DNA of 64,000 nucleotides from Eledone cirrhosa (taxonomy: Eukaryota): assembly GCA_964016885.1 (NCBI GenBank), contig OZ024741.1, forward strand, positions 230,640,001 through 230,704,000, read 5' to 3'. Positions 1 through 13,800 of the stretch are shown piece after piece. The number at the start of each line of letters is the position of its first letter. Positions within the stretch are counted from its first letter, which is position 1. The notes beneath the pieces are model-generated. The model made no database searches. It saw nothing but the letters and a program-made list of their open reading frames with translations, and was not told where the DNA came from. A program made the translations under genes and the position numbers.

Positions 1-259
1 TGGTCAGCTTTATCTCCCCTGTTTGCTGAAAATTGAAAGTAAGTGAGACTGTCACTACTCTAAAACAATAGCATAAGGTCTTCGAAATTCTTTTAATTAA
101 GCATACACTGTATTGCAAAATACCCTATATATACATACATATATCTATCGATATTTCAGAGCACCAATTCCAATTTTCATTTCCTGCTTGACCGGCGACC
201 GCTCTGTATAATCAGATCCTGATTATTACTAGAATTCTATAAGAATCAAAGATTCATGA

Positions 260-350
260 TTTTCAGCAATCAGGTGGAGTATTTGGCTTTGATAAGTACC
301 TATCAGTTCGAAACAGAGCTCTGTCAGCTTTATCTCCCCTGTTTGCTGCA
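260..350 (+). ncRNA. Type I hammerhead ribozyme motif, U3-A8 variant (representative copy in the satellite)
   Basis: GGCT|TTGATAA(289-295)|GTAC-ctatca-GTTC|GAAA(310-313)|CAGAGCTCTG|TC(324-325)|AGCT. Stem I is extended by GGAG/CTCC and the flanking inverted repeat. One stem II mismatch in this copy. Confidence 0.8.
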
Positions 351-3128
351 CATTTAAAGTAAGTGAGACTGTCACTACTCTAAAACAATAGCGTAAAGTT
401 TTCGAAATGCTTTTATTTAAGCATACATTGTATTGCAAAATACACTATATATACATTCATATATATATCGCTATTTCAGAGCACCAATTCCAATTTTCAA
501 TTTCTGCTTGACCGGCGACCGTTCTGTATAATCTGTTGCTGATTATTACTAGAATTCTATAAGAATCAAAGATTCATGATTTTTTGCAAACAAGTGGAGT
601 ACTTGGCTCTAATAAGTACCAATCAGTACGAAATAGTGTTCTGTCAGTTTTATCTCCCCTGCTTGCTGAAAATTGAAAGTAAGTGAGACTGTCACTACTC
701 TAAAACAATAGCGCAAAGTATTCTAAATGCTTTCAATTATGCATACAGTGTATTGCAAAATACATTATATATACATTCATTTGTATATTGCTATTTCAGA
801 GCACCAATTCCAATTTTTAATTTCTGCTTGACCGGCGATCGCTCTGTATAATCAGTTCCTGATTATTATTAGAATTCTATAAGAATCAAATATTCATAAT
901 TTCAGCAATCAGTTGCAGTACTTGGCTTTGATAAGTACCTATCAGTTCGAGTCAGAGCTCTGTCCGCTTTATCTCCCCTGTTTGCTGAACATTTCAAGTA
1001 AGTGAGTCTGTCACTACTCTAAAACAATAGCGTAAGGTCTTAGAAATGATTTTAATTAAGCATACAGTGTATTCCAATATACACTATATATACATTCATA
1101 TATATATCGCAATTTCAGAGCAGCAATTCCTATTTTCAATTTCTGCTTGACCGACAACCGCTCTGTATAATCAGTTCCTGATTGTTACTAGAATTCTATA
1201 AGAATCAATATTCACGATTTTCAGAAAATAGGTGGAGTACTTGGCTTTGATAATTCCCAATCAGTAAGATACAAAGATCTGTCAGTTTATCTGCCCTGTT
1301 TGCTGACAAATTTAAAGTAAGTGAGATTGATACTACTCTAAAACAAGAGCGTAAGGTCTTCGAAATGCTTTTAATTAAGAATACAGTGTATTGTAAAATA
1401 CACTATATATACATTCATATATCTATATCGCTATTTCAGAGCACCGATTCCAATTTTTTATTTCTGCTTGTCCGGCCACCGCTCTGTATAATCAGTTCCT
1501 GATTATTACTAGAATTTTATAAGGATAAAACATTCATAATTTTCAGAAAACAGGTGCAGTACTTGGCTTTGATACGGACCAATAAGTAGGAAACAGAGCT
1601 CTGTCAGCTTTATCTCCCCTGTTTGCTGAAAAATTTAAAGTTAGTGAGACTGTCACTACTCTAAAACAATAGCTTAAGGATTTCGAAATGCTTTTAATTA
1701 AGCATACAGTGTATTGCAAAATACACTATATATACATTCATATATATATATCGCTATTTCAGAGCAGCAATTCCAATTTTCAATTTCTGCTTGACCGTCA
1801 AACGTCCTGTATAATCAGTTTCTGATTATTACTAGAATTCTATAAGACCCAAATATTCATGATTTTCAGCAAACAGTTGGAGTACTTTGGCTCTTATAAG
1901 TACCAATCAGTACGAAATAGTGTCTGTCAGCTTTATCTCCCCTTTTTGCTGATAATTTAAAGTAAGTGAGACTGTCACTACTCTAAAACTATAGCGTAAT
2001 GTCTTTGAAATGCATTTAATTAAGCATACAGTGTATTGCAAAATACACAATATATACATTCCTATATATATCACTATTTCAGAGCACCGATTACAATTTT
2101 TAATGTCTGCTTGACCGCAACTGCTCTGTATAATCAGTGCCTGATTATTACAAGCATTTTATAAGAATCAAACATTCATAATTTTCAGCAAACAGGTGGA
2201 GTACTTGGCTTTGATAAGTACTAATCAGTACGAAACAGAGCTCTGTCAGTGTATCTCCCCTGTTTGCTGAAAAATTTAAAGTAAGTTAGACTGTCACTAC
2301 ACTAAAAAAATAGCGTAAAGTCTTCAAAATGCTTTTAATTTAGAATACAGTGTATTGCAAAATACACTATATATACATTCATATATATATCGCTATTTCA
2401 GAGCACCAATTCCAAAATTTCAATTTCTGCTCGACCGGCGACCGCTTTGTATAATCTGTTCCTGATTATTACTAGAATTCTATAAGAATCAAACATTCAT
2501 AATTTTCAGGTAACAGGTGGAGTACTTGGCTTTGATACGTACCAATCAGTACGAAACACCATTCTGTCAGCTAAATGTCACTGCTTGCTGAACTTTTCAA
2601 GTAAGTGAGTCTGTCACTACTCTAAAACAATAGCGTAATGTCTAGGAAATGCTTTTAATTGAACATACAGTGTATTGCAAAATACACTATATATACATTC
2701 GTATATATATCGCTATTTCAGACAACCAATTCCAATTTACAATTTCTGTTTGACCGGCGACCGCTCTGTATAATCAGATCCTGATTATTACTAGAATTCT
2801 ATAAGAATTAAACATTCATGATTTTCAGCAAACAGGTGGAGTACTTGGATTTGATAAGTACCAATCAGTACTAAACAGAAGTATGTCAGCTTCATCTCTC
2901 CTGTTTGCTGAAAATTTAAAGTAAGTGAGACTGTCACTACTATAAAACAATAGCATAAGGTATTCGTAATGCTTTTAATTAAGCATACAGTGTATTGCAA
3001 ATTATACTATATGTACATTCATATATATATCGCTATTTCAGACCACCTATTCCAATATTCAATTTCTGCTTGACCGGCAACCGCTTTGTATAATCAGTTC
3101 CTGATTATTACTAGAATTCTATAAGAAA

Positions 3129-3310
3129 GGCGGTGGTTTGGCAGTATCGGTAGAGTGTCGGACGCCATGCTTTCCAGCATAGTTACGTCATTTTCGATCT
3201 GAGTTCAAATCCCGCCGAGGTTTACTTTGCCTTTCATCTTAACGGGGTCGATAAATCAAGTACCACTAATGCACTGGGTAATTGCTGACCTTGTACCTAG
3301 AGTAGAAACA
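3129..3310 (+). mobile_element. tRNA-derived SINE inserted in the satellite
   Basis: A-box-like TGGCAGTATCGG, B-box GAGTTCAAATCCC, body GCCTTTCATC..GGGGTCGATAAA, end AGTAGAAACA. Five more copies occur in the window. Confidence 0.9.
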
Positions 3311-6300
3311 TTGTATTGCAAAATACACTATATATACATTCATATATAATTAAGCTTACAGTGTATTGCAAAATACCTTATATATATATATTCATATATA
3401 TATCGCTATTTCAGAGCACGAATTCCAATTTTCAAATTTTGCTTGACCAGCAATCGCTCGGTATAATCAGTTCCTGATTATTACTAGAATTCTATAAGAA
3501 TCAAACATTCATGATTTTCAGCAAACAGGTAGTGTACTTGGCTTTGAAAAGTACCAATCAGTACAAAACAAAGCTCTTTCAGATTTAGCCCCCCTGTTAT
3601 CTGAAAATGTATCGTAAGTAATACTCTTACTACTCTAAAACAATAGCGTAATGTTTTCGAAATACTTTTAATTAAGCATACAGTATATTGCAAAATACAC
3701 TATATATACATTCATATATATATCGTTATTTTAGAGCACCAATTCCAATTATTTCTGCTTGACGGGCAACCGCTCTGTATAATCAGTTCCTGATTATTAC
3801 TAGCATTCTATAAAAATCAAACATTCATGATTTTCAGCAAACAGGTGGAGTACGTGGCTTTGATGAGTACCAATCAGGACGAATGCTGAAAATTTAAATA
3901 AGTGAGACTGTCATTACTCTATAGCAATAGCGTAAGGTCTTCGAAATGCTTTTAATTAAGCATACAGTGTATTGCAAAATACACTATATATACATTCATA
4001 TATATATATCGCTATTTCAAAACACCAATTCAAATTTTCAATTTCTCCTTGAGCGGTAACCGCTCCGTATAATCAGTTCCTAATTATTACTAGAATTCAA
4101 TAAGAATCAAACACTCATGATTTTCATCAAACAGGTGGAGTACTTGGCTTTGATATTTACCAATCATTACAAAACTGTCAGCTTTATGCCCCCATGTTTG
4201 CTGAAAATTTAAACTAAGTGAGACTGACACTACTCTAAAACAATAGCGTAAGGTCTTAGAAATCCTTTTAATTAAGCATACAGTCTATTGCAACTCCAAT
4301 TTTCTATTTCTGCTTGACCGGCGACCATTCTGTATAATCAGTTCCTGATTATTACTACAATTCTATAACAATCAAACATTCATAATTTTCAGCAAACAGG
4401 TGGTGTACTTGGCATTGATAAGTACCAATCAGTAAGAAACAGAGCTCTGTCAGCCATATCTCCCCTGCTTGCTGAACTATTTAAAGTAAGTGAGATTGTC
4501 ACTACTCTAAAACAATAGCGTAAGGTTTTCGAAATGCTTTTAAATAAGCATACATTATATTGTAAAATACACTATATATACATTTATATCTATATCGTTA
4601 TTATAGAGCACCAATTCCAATTTTCAATTTCTGCTTGACCGGCAACCGCTCTGTATAATCAGTTCCTGATTATTACTAGAATTCTAAGAATCAAACATTC
4701 ATGATTTTCAGCAAACAGGTGGTCTACTTGGTTTTGATAAGTACCAATCAGTACGAAACAGCACTGTCACCTTTATCTCCCCTGTTTGCTGAACATTTAA
4801 AGTAAGTGAGACTGTCACTACTCTAAAACAATAGCGTAAGGTCTTCGCAATTATTTTAATTAAGCATACAGTGTATTGCAAAATACACTATATATACATT
4901 CATATATATATCGCTATTTCAGAGCACCAATTCCAATTTTCAATTTCTGCTTAAGCGGCAACAGCTCTGTATAATCAGTTTCTGATTATTACTAGAATTC
5001 TATAATAATCAAACATTCATGATTTTCAGCAAACAGGTGGTGTACTTGGTTTTTAAGTACCAATCAGTACAAGACAGAGCTCTGTCAGCTTTATTTCCCC
5101 TGTTTGCTGAAAATTTAAAGTAAGTAAGACTCTCACTACTCCAAAACAATAGCGTAAGGTTTTCGAAATTATTTTAATTAAGCATACAGTATATTTCAAA
5201 ATTCACTATATATACATTCATATAAATATCGTTATTTTAGAGCACCAATTCCAATTTTCAATTTCTTCTTGACCAGCAACCGCTCTGTATAATCAGTTTC
5301 TGATTATCACTAGAATTCTATAAGTATCAAACATTCACAATTTTCAGCAAACAGATGAAGTAATTGGCTTTGATAAGTACCGATCAGTACGAAACAGCGC
5401 TCTCTACGTTATCTCCCCTGTTTGCTGAAAATAAAAATAAGTGAGACTGTCACTACTCTATAACAGTAGCGTAAGGTCTTCGAAATGCTTTTAATTAAGC
5501 ATACAGTGTATTTCAAAATACACTATATATACATTCATATATATCGCTTTTTCAGTGTACGAATTGCAATTTTCAATTTCTGCTTGACCGGCGACTGCTC
5601 TGTATAATTTGTTCATGATTATTACTAGAATTCTATAAGAATCAAACATTAATAATTCTCAGCCAACAGGTGGAATACTTGGCTTGAATAAGTACCAATC
5701 AGTACGAAACAGAGCTCTGCCAACTTTATCTCCTCTGTTTGTTGAAAATTTAAAATAAGTGAGACCGTCACTACTCTAAAACAATAGCGTAAGATCTTCG
5801 AAATGCTTTTATTTTAGCATACAGTGTATTGCAAAATACACTATATATATTCATTCATATATATATCGCTATTTCAGAGCACCAATTCAAATTTTCAATT
5901 GCTGCTTGACCGGCAACCGCTCTGTATAATCAGTTCCTGATTATTACTAGAATTCTATAAGAATCAAACATTCATGATTTTCAGCAAACAGGTGGTGTAT
6001 TTGGCTTTGATAAGTAGTAATCAGTACAAAACAGGGCTCTGTCCGCTTTATCTACCCTGTTTGCTGAAAATTTAAAGTAAGTCAGACTCTCACTACTCTA
6101 AAACAATAGCGTAAGGTTTTCGAAATGCTTTTAATTAAGCATACAGTATATTGCAAAATACACTCTATATACATTCATATATATATCGTTAATTTAGAGC
6201 ACCAATTCCAATTTTCAATTCCTGCTTGACCGGGAACCGCTCTGTATAATCGGTTCCTGATTATTACTAGAATTCTATAAGAATCAAACGTTCAGGATTT

Positions 6301-6814
6301 TCAGCAAATAGGTGAAGTACTTGGCTTTGATAAGTACCAATCAGTACAAAACTGTCAGCTTTATCTACCCTGTTTGCTGAACATTTAAAGTAAGTGAGAC
6401 TGTCACTACTCTAAAACAATAGCGTAAGGTTTTCGAAATGCTTTTAATTAAGCATAAAGTATATTGCAATATACACTCTATATACATTCATATATATATC
6501 GTTATTTCAGGGCACCAATTCCAATTTTCAATTTCTGCATGAACGGCAGCCGCTCTGTGTAATCAGTTCCTGATTATTACTAGAATTCTATAAGAATGAA
6601 ACATTCATGATTTTCAGCAAACAGGTGGAGTACTTGGCTTTGATAAGTACCAATCAGTACAAAACAGAGCTCTGGCAGATTTATCTCCCCTGTTTGCTGA
6701 CCATTTAAAACAATAGCGTAAACTCTTCGAAATGCTTTTAATTAAGCATACATTGTATTGCAAAATACACTATATATACATTCATAGATATATCGCTATT
6801 TCAGAGCACCAATC

Positions 6815-7029
<215 letters not shown>

Positions 7030-7030
<1 letters not shown>

Positions 7031-7730
7031 ACCATAAACAACCTACTCCACACCCGCACTCCCACCACTAGCCCCATCACACACACCTGTATTCGACCCC
7101 CCATACCACTAATAAAACTAACATCCACCCTGCCACACACACATCCACCAATATACATATAACCCCCTACACACACTGCCATCGTCTCCCTCAACTTTTC
7201 ACAATTTCCCACCTCCTCTCATGTCCACCGCACCTCCGCACACATACACACACTCCACACATACATACATACACACAGGCGTACACCCCACCCAATGGAC
7301 ACACTGGTTTTCCTACTACCCGAGCATGGAACCCTGTTCTCCCCCAAACTCTCAGACTCACATCGACACATACACACTCGCACGTACACCGACATACATA
7401 TACCCACCCCACCTACCGCCCTCTCCGCTCGGACTCCCAACTTCCTTCTCCCCACTCCCCCTTTCATCAACCCACAACTACTTCTACACGCTTTACACCC
7501 TTTGACCAGTTGTTTTGATTTAAATTTTTTCCCGTTTATTTTAATGTCTCCCCCCCCCCACACATACCCTCTCGGAACTCTTTTCCTTCCCAACTTTCTG
7601 CCGATGAAGAGCTTATGCCCGAAACGTCGTCTCCCACCACCACTCTCAAGCGTGAACCTTTTACCAACACTGTTCGTAAAAGCACTCCTTTTTATTGTTT
7701 TTATTTTTTATATTTCCAATATAATGTAGA
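7030..7730 (+). mobile_element. 3' terminal fragment of a Penelope-like element with a decayed minimal HHR
   Basis: CA/C-rich sequence followed by CCGATGA-AGAGCTTATGCCC-GAAA-CG-TC (7601-7628). Context (..CAAGCGTGAACCT) resembles the end of the PLE at ~20170-20230 (..CAAGTGTGAACCT). Flanked by (TA)n on both sides. Confidence 0.55.
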
Positions 7731-7736
7731 TTTATC

Positions 7737-7774
<38 letters not shown>

Positions 7775-7781
<7 letters not shown>

Positions 7782-8180
7782 AGATCAAAAGATGGTTAAA
7801 GGAGTTCCATGTATTTTATTATGCGCATTTCAAAAACAAACATCATCATGCAATAATATTTGTGTTTTCATCAGATAAAACAGGAGAACATGATTTGAAG
7901 GCTAAAAAACACTTGTGGATAGTGCAGTTTAAATCAACATATCAACTGCACTATCCACAAGTGTTTTTAGCCTTCATATCATGTTCTCCTGTTTTATCTG
8001 ATGAAAACACAAATATTATTGCATGATGATGTTTGTTTTTGAAATGCGCATAATAAAATACATGGAACTCCTTTAACCATCTTCTGATCTTATATTATGC
8101 ATACTCCAGTCCTACAAACTGTAGAGTGTTTCTTATCCGATATCTGCATTGCTTTATTGTCTACAATAAAACTCACCTCC
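7775..8180. mobile_element. Palindromic HHR element: ~155-bp arms (7775-7929 / 7944-8097), 14-nt spacer, between (TA)n tracts
   Basis: Arms are near-perfect reverse complements and each carries the hammerhead core pointing outward. Sequence continues from the right arm to the (TA)n tract at ~8181. Confidence 0.85.
7989..8061 (+). ncRNA. Minimal type I hammerhead ribozyme motif (PLE type); mirror copy on - strand at ~7811-7883
   Basis: GTTTTAT|CTGATGA(7998-8004)|AAAC...GTTTTT|GAAA(8041-8044)|TGCGCA (palindromic stem III)|TA(8051-8052)|ATAAAAT (stem I partner). Confidence 0.75.
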
Positions 8181-8273
<93 letters not shown>

Positions 8274-8940
8274 ATAATTATTTCTCTTCATTCAATCTCC
8301 AGGCAAATATCATTATTTTCAAAGCAAAGATGATTATAATAATACTATTTTTAGTTCTCATGTAACCGATTGTGTTAAGGTTCCCATGGATATCAAATTT
8401 ACCTTTCATATTCGAATACATACCATAGTCATTACTGGAAAAGTTCAGGGTGAGTAACACAACTTTGATTTCATCGATTTTAGAAATGTTTTTTTAGCAA
8501 ATCTAATGTTTTGTATAAACCTCTTTAAACAATCACATGTGAATTTGTTTTTATGAATGGCAGTGAATTATTGATCCGTTTTAAAAGGTGTTTATGACCA
8601 ACTGTATCATTTCCTCAAACAATTTCAATCGATATTTCCTCGCATTCACCGATATCCTCTAATTGCTGCCAATCATCTTGGACAAAGCCTACTTCTAGTT
8701 TTCGGGACTACCGAGGGTATCAGTTCTATCATGTTTCTAAAGAGCAGCTTAACCGTAGAGCACTTACCGCTTGCCATTCCTACGTTATCAGCTCCTGGAA
8801 TATGTATGGTGTTTTCATGCTGTAGTCGTCCTATGATATCATCATCAAGATACACGGCAGCTGTTTAATATCTGGTAAAATGCAACCTGACAAAACAGAT
8901 TCTTTCCCTGCAAAACGTCACGCAAAAATTTAGAGAGAAA

Positions 8941-8975
<35 letters not shown>

Positions 8976-8976
<1 letters not shown>

Positions 8977-10223
8977 TAGGATGGGCTTAAAAGTAAATAG
9001 GCACACTAAGAACGAATGAGGCTAGAGTTGTGAAATCTTGCATGCATTAATTTCCCTCTTTTTATTTATAAGTTCATTGATTTTTTCCCCGAACTGATAT
9101 CTGACTGTTGAAAGAGACTTCAAAAGTAACTAGGAGCGATTTCACTTGAAAATGGACAACATTTGGCACGGGGGTGTTATCAATTATCCGCAGAAAAAAT
9201 GTAACCCCCAAGGACATTTATGCCGTCATGGTTGCTACATTGGGGGACGAGGCTCCAGGTTTATCAACAGTACAAAAGTGGGCAGCTGAATTTAGAAAGG
9301 GATAGGAGAGCCTTGTAGATCAACCAAGGTTCTTCCCTGCGAGGAGAACACTAATCTTGTTCACCACATGGTGGTGGGTGACAAGCGCTTGACTATAAAT
9401 TAGATAGCCAATGCTATTGTCATATCCCATCAGAGAGATGAAAATATTCTGCACAATGAACATGGCATGAGGGAGGTTTCTACTCGGTTGGTGCTACATC
9501 TACTGACACCTTATCAAAAGCGCACTACTCTGATAACATCAAGGAAAAATCTGTCATTTATTTCTTCGAACGTTTTTTATCCCAAGATGAGTGTTAGGTT
9601 CATCACTTCTATCCAGAGACAAAGAGACAATCCGTGCAGCAGAAACACTACAACTCACCTGCTCTAAGATGGTCAATGTCAATTCATTTACAGGGAAGGT
9701 GGTTGCCTCAATTTCTTTGGCGATGCAAAAGGCATTGTGTATATTGACTAATTTTAGAACGGTTATATCATCAATGGGGATTACTACGTCTACTTGCTGA
9801 GGCAGTTGCGAAAGGTTATCAAGAACAAATGCCGAGAAAAAAAACTGTCGAAACTGTTCTTGTTTCATCTGGACAATGTTCCAGTACAAAAGTCCTTGAT
9901 CTCACTGGCTGCTATGCGTAACTTTGGCTTTGAACTGTCTGATCACCTCCTTCATATTCTCCTGATTCATCACTATCATCTGTTGCCCAACATGAAAAAT
10001 CACTTGGCTGGGAACAAGTGTTGCAGTGATGATGAAGTAATATCTGTTGTTGGTTTTTTTACCAACAGGATAACATTTTCTTCACCAATGAGGTCCAATC
10101 ACTGCAACACTGATGACAAACGTATGTGGACCACAAGGGGAATATGCTGTAAAAATAAACCCCAGATGGTCATATTCCATGAGAATAGCTTGGCCAGCCT
10201 ATGAACGTATCACGCGAAACTCG
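8976..10223 (+). mobile_element. Decayed Tc1/mariner DNA transposon (transposase pseudogene)
   Basis: Frameshifted mariner motifs: LGDEAPGLSTVQKWAAEFRKG (HTH), REVSTRLVLHLLT (WVPHxL-like), FLFHLDNVP (HDNA-like), LLPNMKNHLAG. TA on both sides and imperfect TIRs. Confidence 0.85.
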
Positions 10224-10710
10224 TATAACATATTTTCACCAAAGCAGCATACAGGGACTATGATTAACACCCCACCATTTAGGGTCAAAAGCAACCTATC
10301 TCCAGAATGAAATCTGCTGGATGCGAAATAGATGTAACGAATCGAAGTTAGGCATTTATGATTTCAAATGATTACTGCCTTCTATCGTTTTTCTTGGTGC
10401 AACACACTTTAACTGTTGCGTTTAATCTAGACGGTAATGTATTAACATATCATTCTATTGAGTGCTTTGTGATTACCTCAATTAACACGATTGGTATAAT
10501 TCTTCACAGTTTTACTGTTTTCAGCTTTTTAGTTTATTATAACGATTTTTCCAAGTATTTATATTTTTTCGGGAAAATGTGTTCGAGATCAGTAATATAT
10601 ATAAATATTCTAATCAGTTAAGATATATTATTTTACGGATTTTATTTCCAGTAAGTATTCTATTATTAACTACAGTTACATCATTATAACCCGTGATGTA
10701 TCTATTGTAG

Positions 10711-10863
10711 ATGTGATATTTACTTCTGACGATTCTTCAGATTTGACTTGCAAAGGTACTTCAGCTATACTAACCTGTCGAGGAAACCTTTACACTTCTC
10801 ACCTGAGGGCGATTACTAAAGAAAAAAGTGAAGACCAGTGTATCACCCATATCAGAATTTATG
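10711..10863 (+). CDS. Probable host gene exon (3' part of an extracellular domain; ...CITHIRIYG)
   Basis: Acceptor TAG at 10708-10710 (alternative in-frame CAG at 10738-10740). Donor G|GTAAGT at 10863/10864. Phase 1 joins in frame to the exon at 29714. Confidence 0.6.
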
Positions 10864-13800
10864 GTAAGTTTCGTAGGGTTTATTTATGCCATTCATATAT
10901 GAACAAATAATAACAACTGTCATATAGAGATATATATCCATCTATCTATCTAGGATAGTGGACGCGTACCAATCTCCCTGGTAAGTTTTTTGCATGCAAA
11001 CAACGGAATTACTTTGTTAAAAAGTGTATCATTTTATAGATTGACACCCCGTCTGAATTGTCAGCGGGTGCATCATCTCATTTTTGGCCCCATCTCTCCC
11101 CAGAGGCGAAAGTTTAATTTTAAAAAGTTTCAGAATTGTTTTGAAAATCACAGCATAGCAATGAGTTATAGAGAACAAACGCTGACTTTGCCTACCACCA
11201 CAAGTGGAAGTGGGAGTATGAAGTTATATGCTGGCAGACTGCCTACTGCTATAAACGTCGCTATAGCAACCAGTGTTGACGGCAACAACTTAGATAGCTT
11301 TTGTGAAGAAAACATTGCTACATTAAATACACCAAGTAACGAACAAAAGAAACACCACACTACAACTAAACTAATAAACTCCACCACCATAAAGGAAACA
11401 ACAATTGAGGACAACAGCAACCATAAAAAAATCTTTCGCTCAGACAGCAGTGAGAAAGCAGAATTTCACCCACTTGGACATTTCTAATGCGAAAGAAATG
11501 ATCAATGGAGGGAAGAAATACATCATTTTTGAAGAAAAGAGGGGGGGGGGGAGAATTGCACCTCCCCCACAAATTAGGGCTGACCCAATTCGCAAGACTG
11601 TGATTTTTCGCATAATCGCAAACAATAAAAAAAGCCGGCATTCCTTACTCGAGGCGAGATTGAAATTGTCTTGAAGGAAGCTATGCTGGACATTGATTTC
11701 ATCCAAAGGGCCAAACAATATGGGAGCATTTCGGTGCTTTTCAAAAGCAAGACCCTTGCACAAAAATACTCGGTGACCCCGATCACCTCTGCTAAATACA
11801 GCTTTTTCCCTACATATATGGGATAAAGGACACACAAATAAACGCCACAAACATACCACCAAATATTTATATCTGATGGATTCTGGCAGGGTTCTTGGAG
11901 CAGGAAGAAGACACGATCCTTTCCATAAGAAAATCCACAAGAAACACCTGGAATGGCATAAGTTGGGAAATTCTGGTCCACATGAGACCAGAAAGAATTT
12001 CCAAAATACCAGAAGACAACACCAGTGCCAGTAGACAACACCAACTACATACACATTTCGACAGAAGGAGGAGGCAACATTGTTTTAAATGCTTTAGCAC
12101 ATCACATTTAAAGGCCTTCTGTCCCCTGTTACGAATAAACACCAACAAAAATGTAGTTCTAGCAACACAACACCAAAACCAAAACAACAACAACACACAA
12201 AACAAGCAAACACAAAAACCAACAACTGCACAACCACAAACAGCAGAAAAAACAAACAATTCCCCTGAAAAACACAGTCCCACCCCTCCCACTCCATCCA
12301 ACACTACTACACACACACCCCATCACCACACAGCATACCCCTCCCACACACACCTGATGCCGACTCATCAGACGAGGCTACCTCTCCATCTCCAAGCGAG
12401 GATGAAGGAGAACATCAGAAATAAAAAAAAACAAAAGAAAATACATCGCAAAACTACAAAAACACCAATTACCAACACAAACAACAACACAAACCCCACC
12501 ACAATAACACCAAAACAAACACCAACACCACCCCAAACACAAAAGCTCACCATCAAAAGAAAATTACAAAACGAACAACAAACAAAAACAACACAACACA
12601 AATCCAAACAACAGTACGCATACATCAACACAAAAAAAAACCCCTTAAGGAGGTCATCTCCAAAGACGTCGAAGTCGAAACCGAGGGGAAGACTTACACT
12701 AAAACAGAGACTGCACGACACCTGAAAATGATAAAGGTTCCAATAGAAACCTACAACAGACTGAAAGATGAATTTTCTCAGGATGTTGGAAACTCTTGTC
12801 AAAAACCCATCAACCCATCAACAGAGTCCCATTAAAATGTTTCCCCACCCGACCCAACACCCCAACAACACTCAATTGGAGATTGAACAACCCAATCTCG
12901 AGGAAACGAAAAGGTAAGTGCATCTTTTCGTCTTTTCGCCAACTCTTCTCCACCAACAAGCCAAATTTACGAGTTGAAGTGTGAATATGCGTGGCCTAGG
13001 GATGCCCTGGAAACAGGACCAACTTTTAAATGAACTTAGGTCACATGGTATGGAAGTGTTAGCCATCATCAAGTCCAGGATCCACAAAAAGCAACAACTA
13101 ACCCGCATCTTTGATGACTTTGAGATCTACGCATCTCTCTGTCAGCCAAGAGGTGGAGGGGGAGTGGCTGTTTTGTTGCGGAAAAATCTGGACCTCGAAA
13201 TACAGCAAATATACTTGGTCCCGGAGGGTAGACTGGTGGTGTTAGACGTGAACAGTGTTGAAAGTGGAGCCTTCAGACTGGTGGCCGTTTATGACCCGAC
13301 TGGGACATCGCGACCAGACTTCTTCAAGCGTCTAGAATCATTTCTGGGAACGTCTCATCCGTGGTTTTAGAGGGGAGAATGGAATGGTATCCTGGATGCA
13401 CGTTGGGACTATGTAGGAATATGTTTCAATAGAGATGGGTGCAACAACCTCAAAAATGTAATCGCACAATTCCAACTAGCGAATAGGTATTGACAAGATT
13501 TCCAAACTGCACCACAGTGGACATGGACAAATCGCAGTGGGGCATCTAGATCATATCTTGACAGATTCATAATTAGAGAGAGAGACAAGAAAATGTTAAG
13601 CTATCCACAAATATACATGGTTGCCTATTCGGACCACAAACTAGTCACTTGCATAGTCAACCATGATAGAACGCGTAGACAGGGACCCGGATACTGGAAG
13701 CTGAACATGTCGTTACCGACACGTAAAGCCTATAGCAGACGGATAAGTAGTTTAGTTAAGCACCAGTTGATGGGAGCCATCATCAACAATAGGTGGTGGT

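Noticed and set aside
3129-3220. tRNA gene
   Set aside because: A and B boxes are present but no cloverleaf is evident; it is the head of a multi-copy SINE.
229-3693. Repeated 69-aa minus-strand ORFs in the satellite
   Set aside because: Start at TTG, are open in only 3 of ~21 units and match no recognisable domain; a by-product of the repeat.
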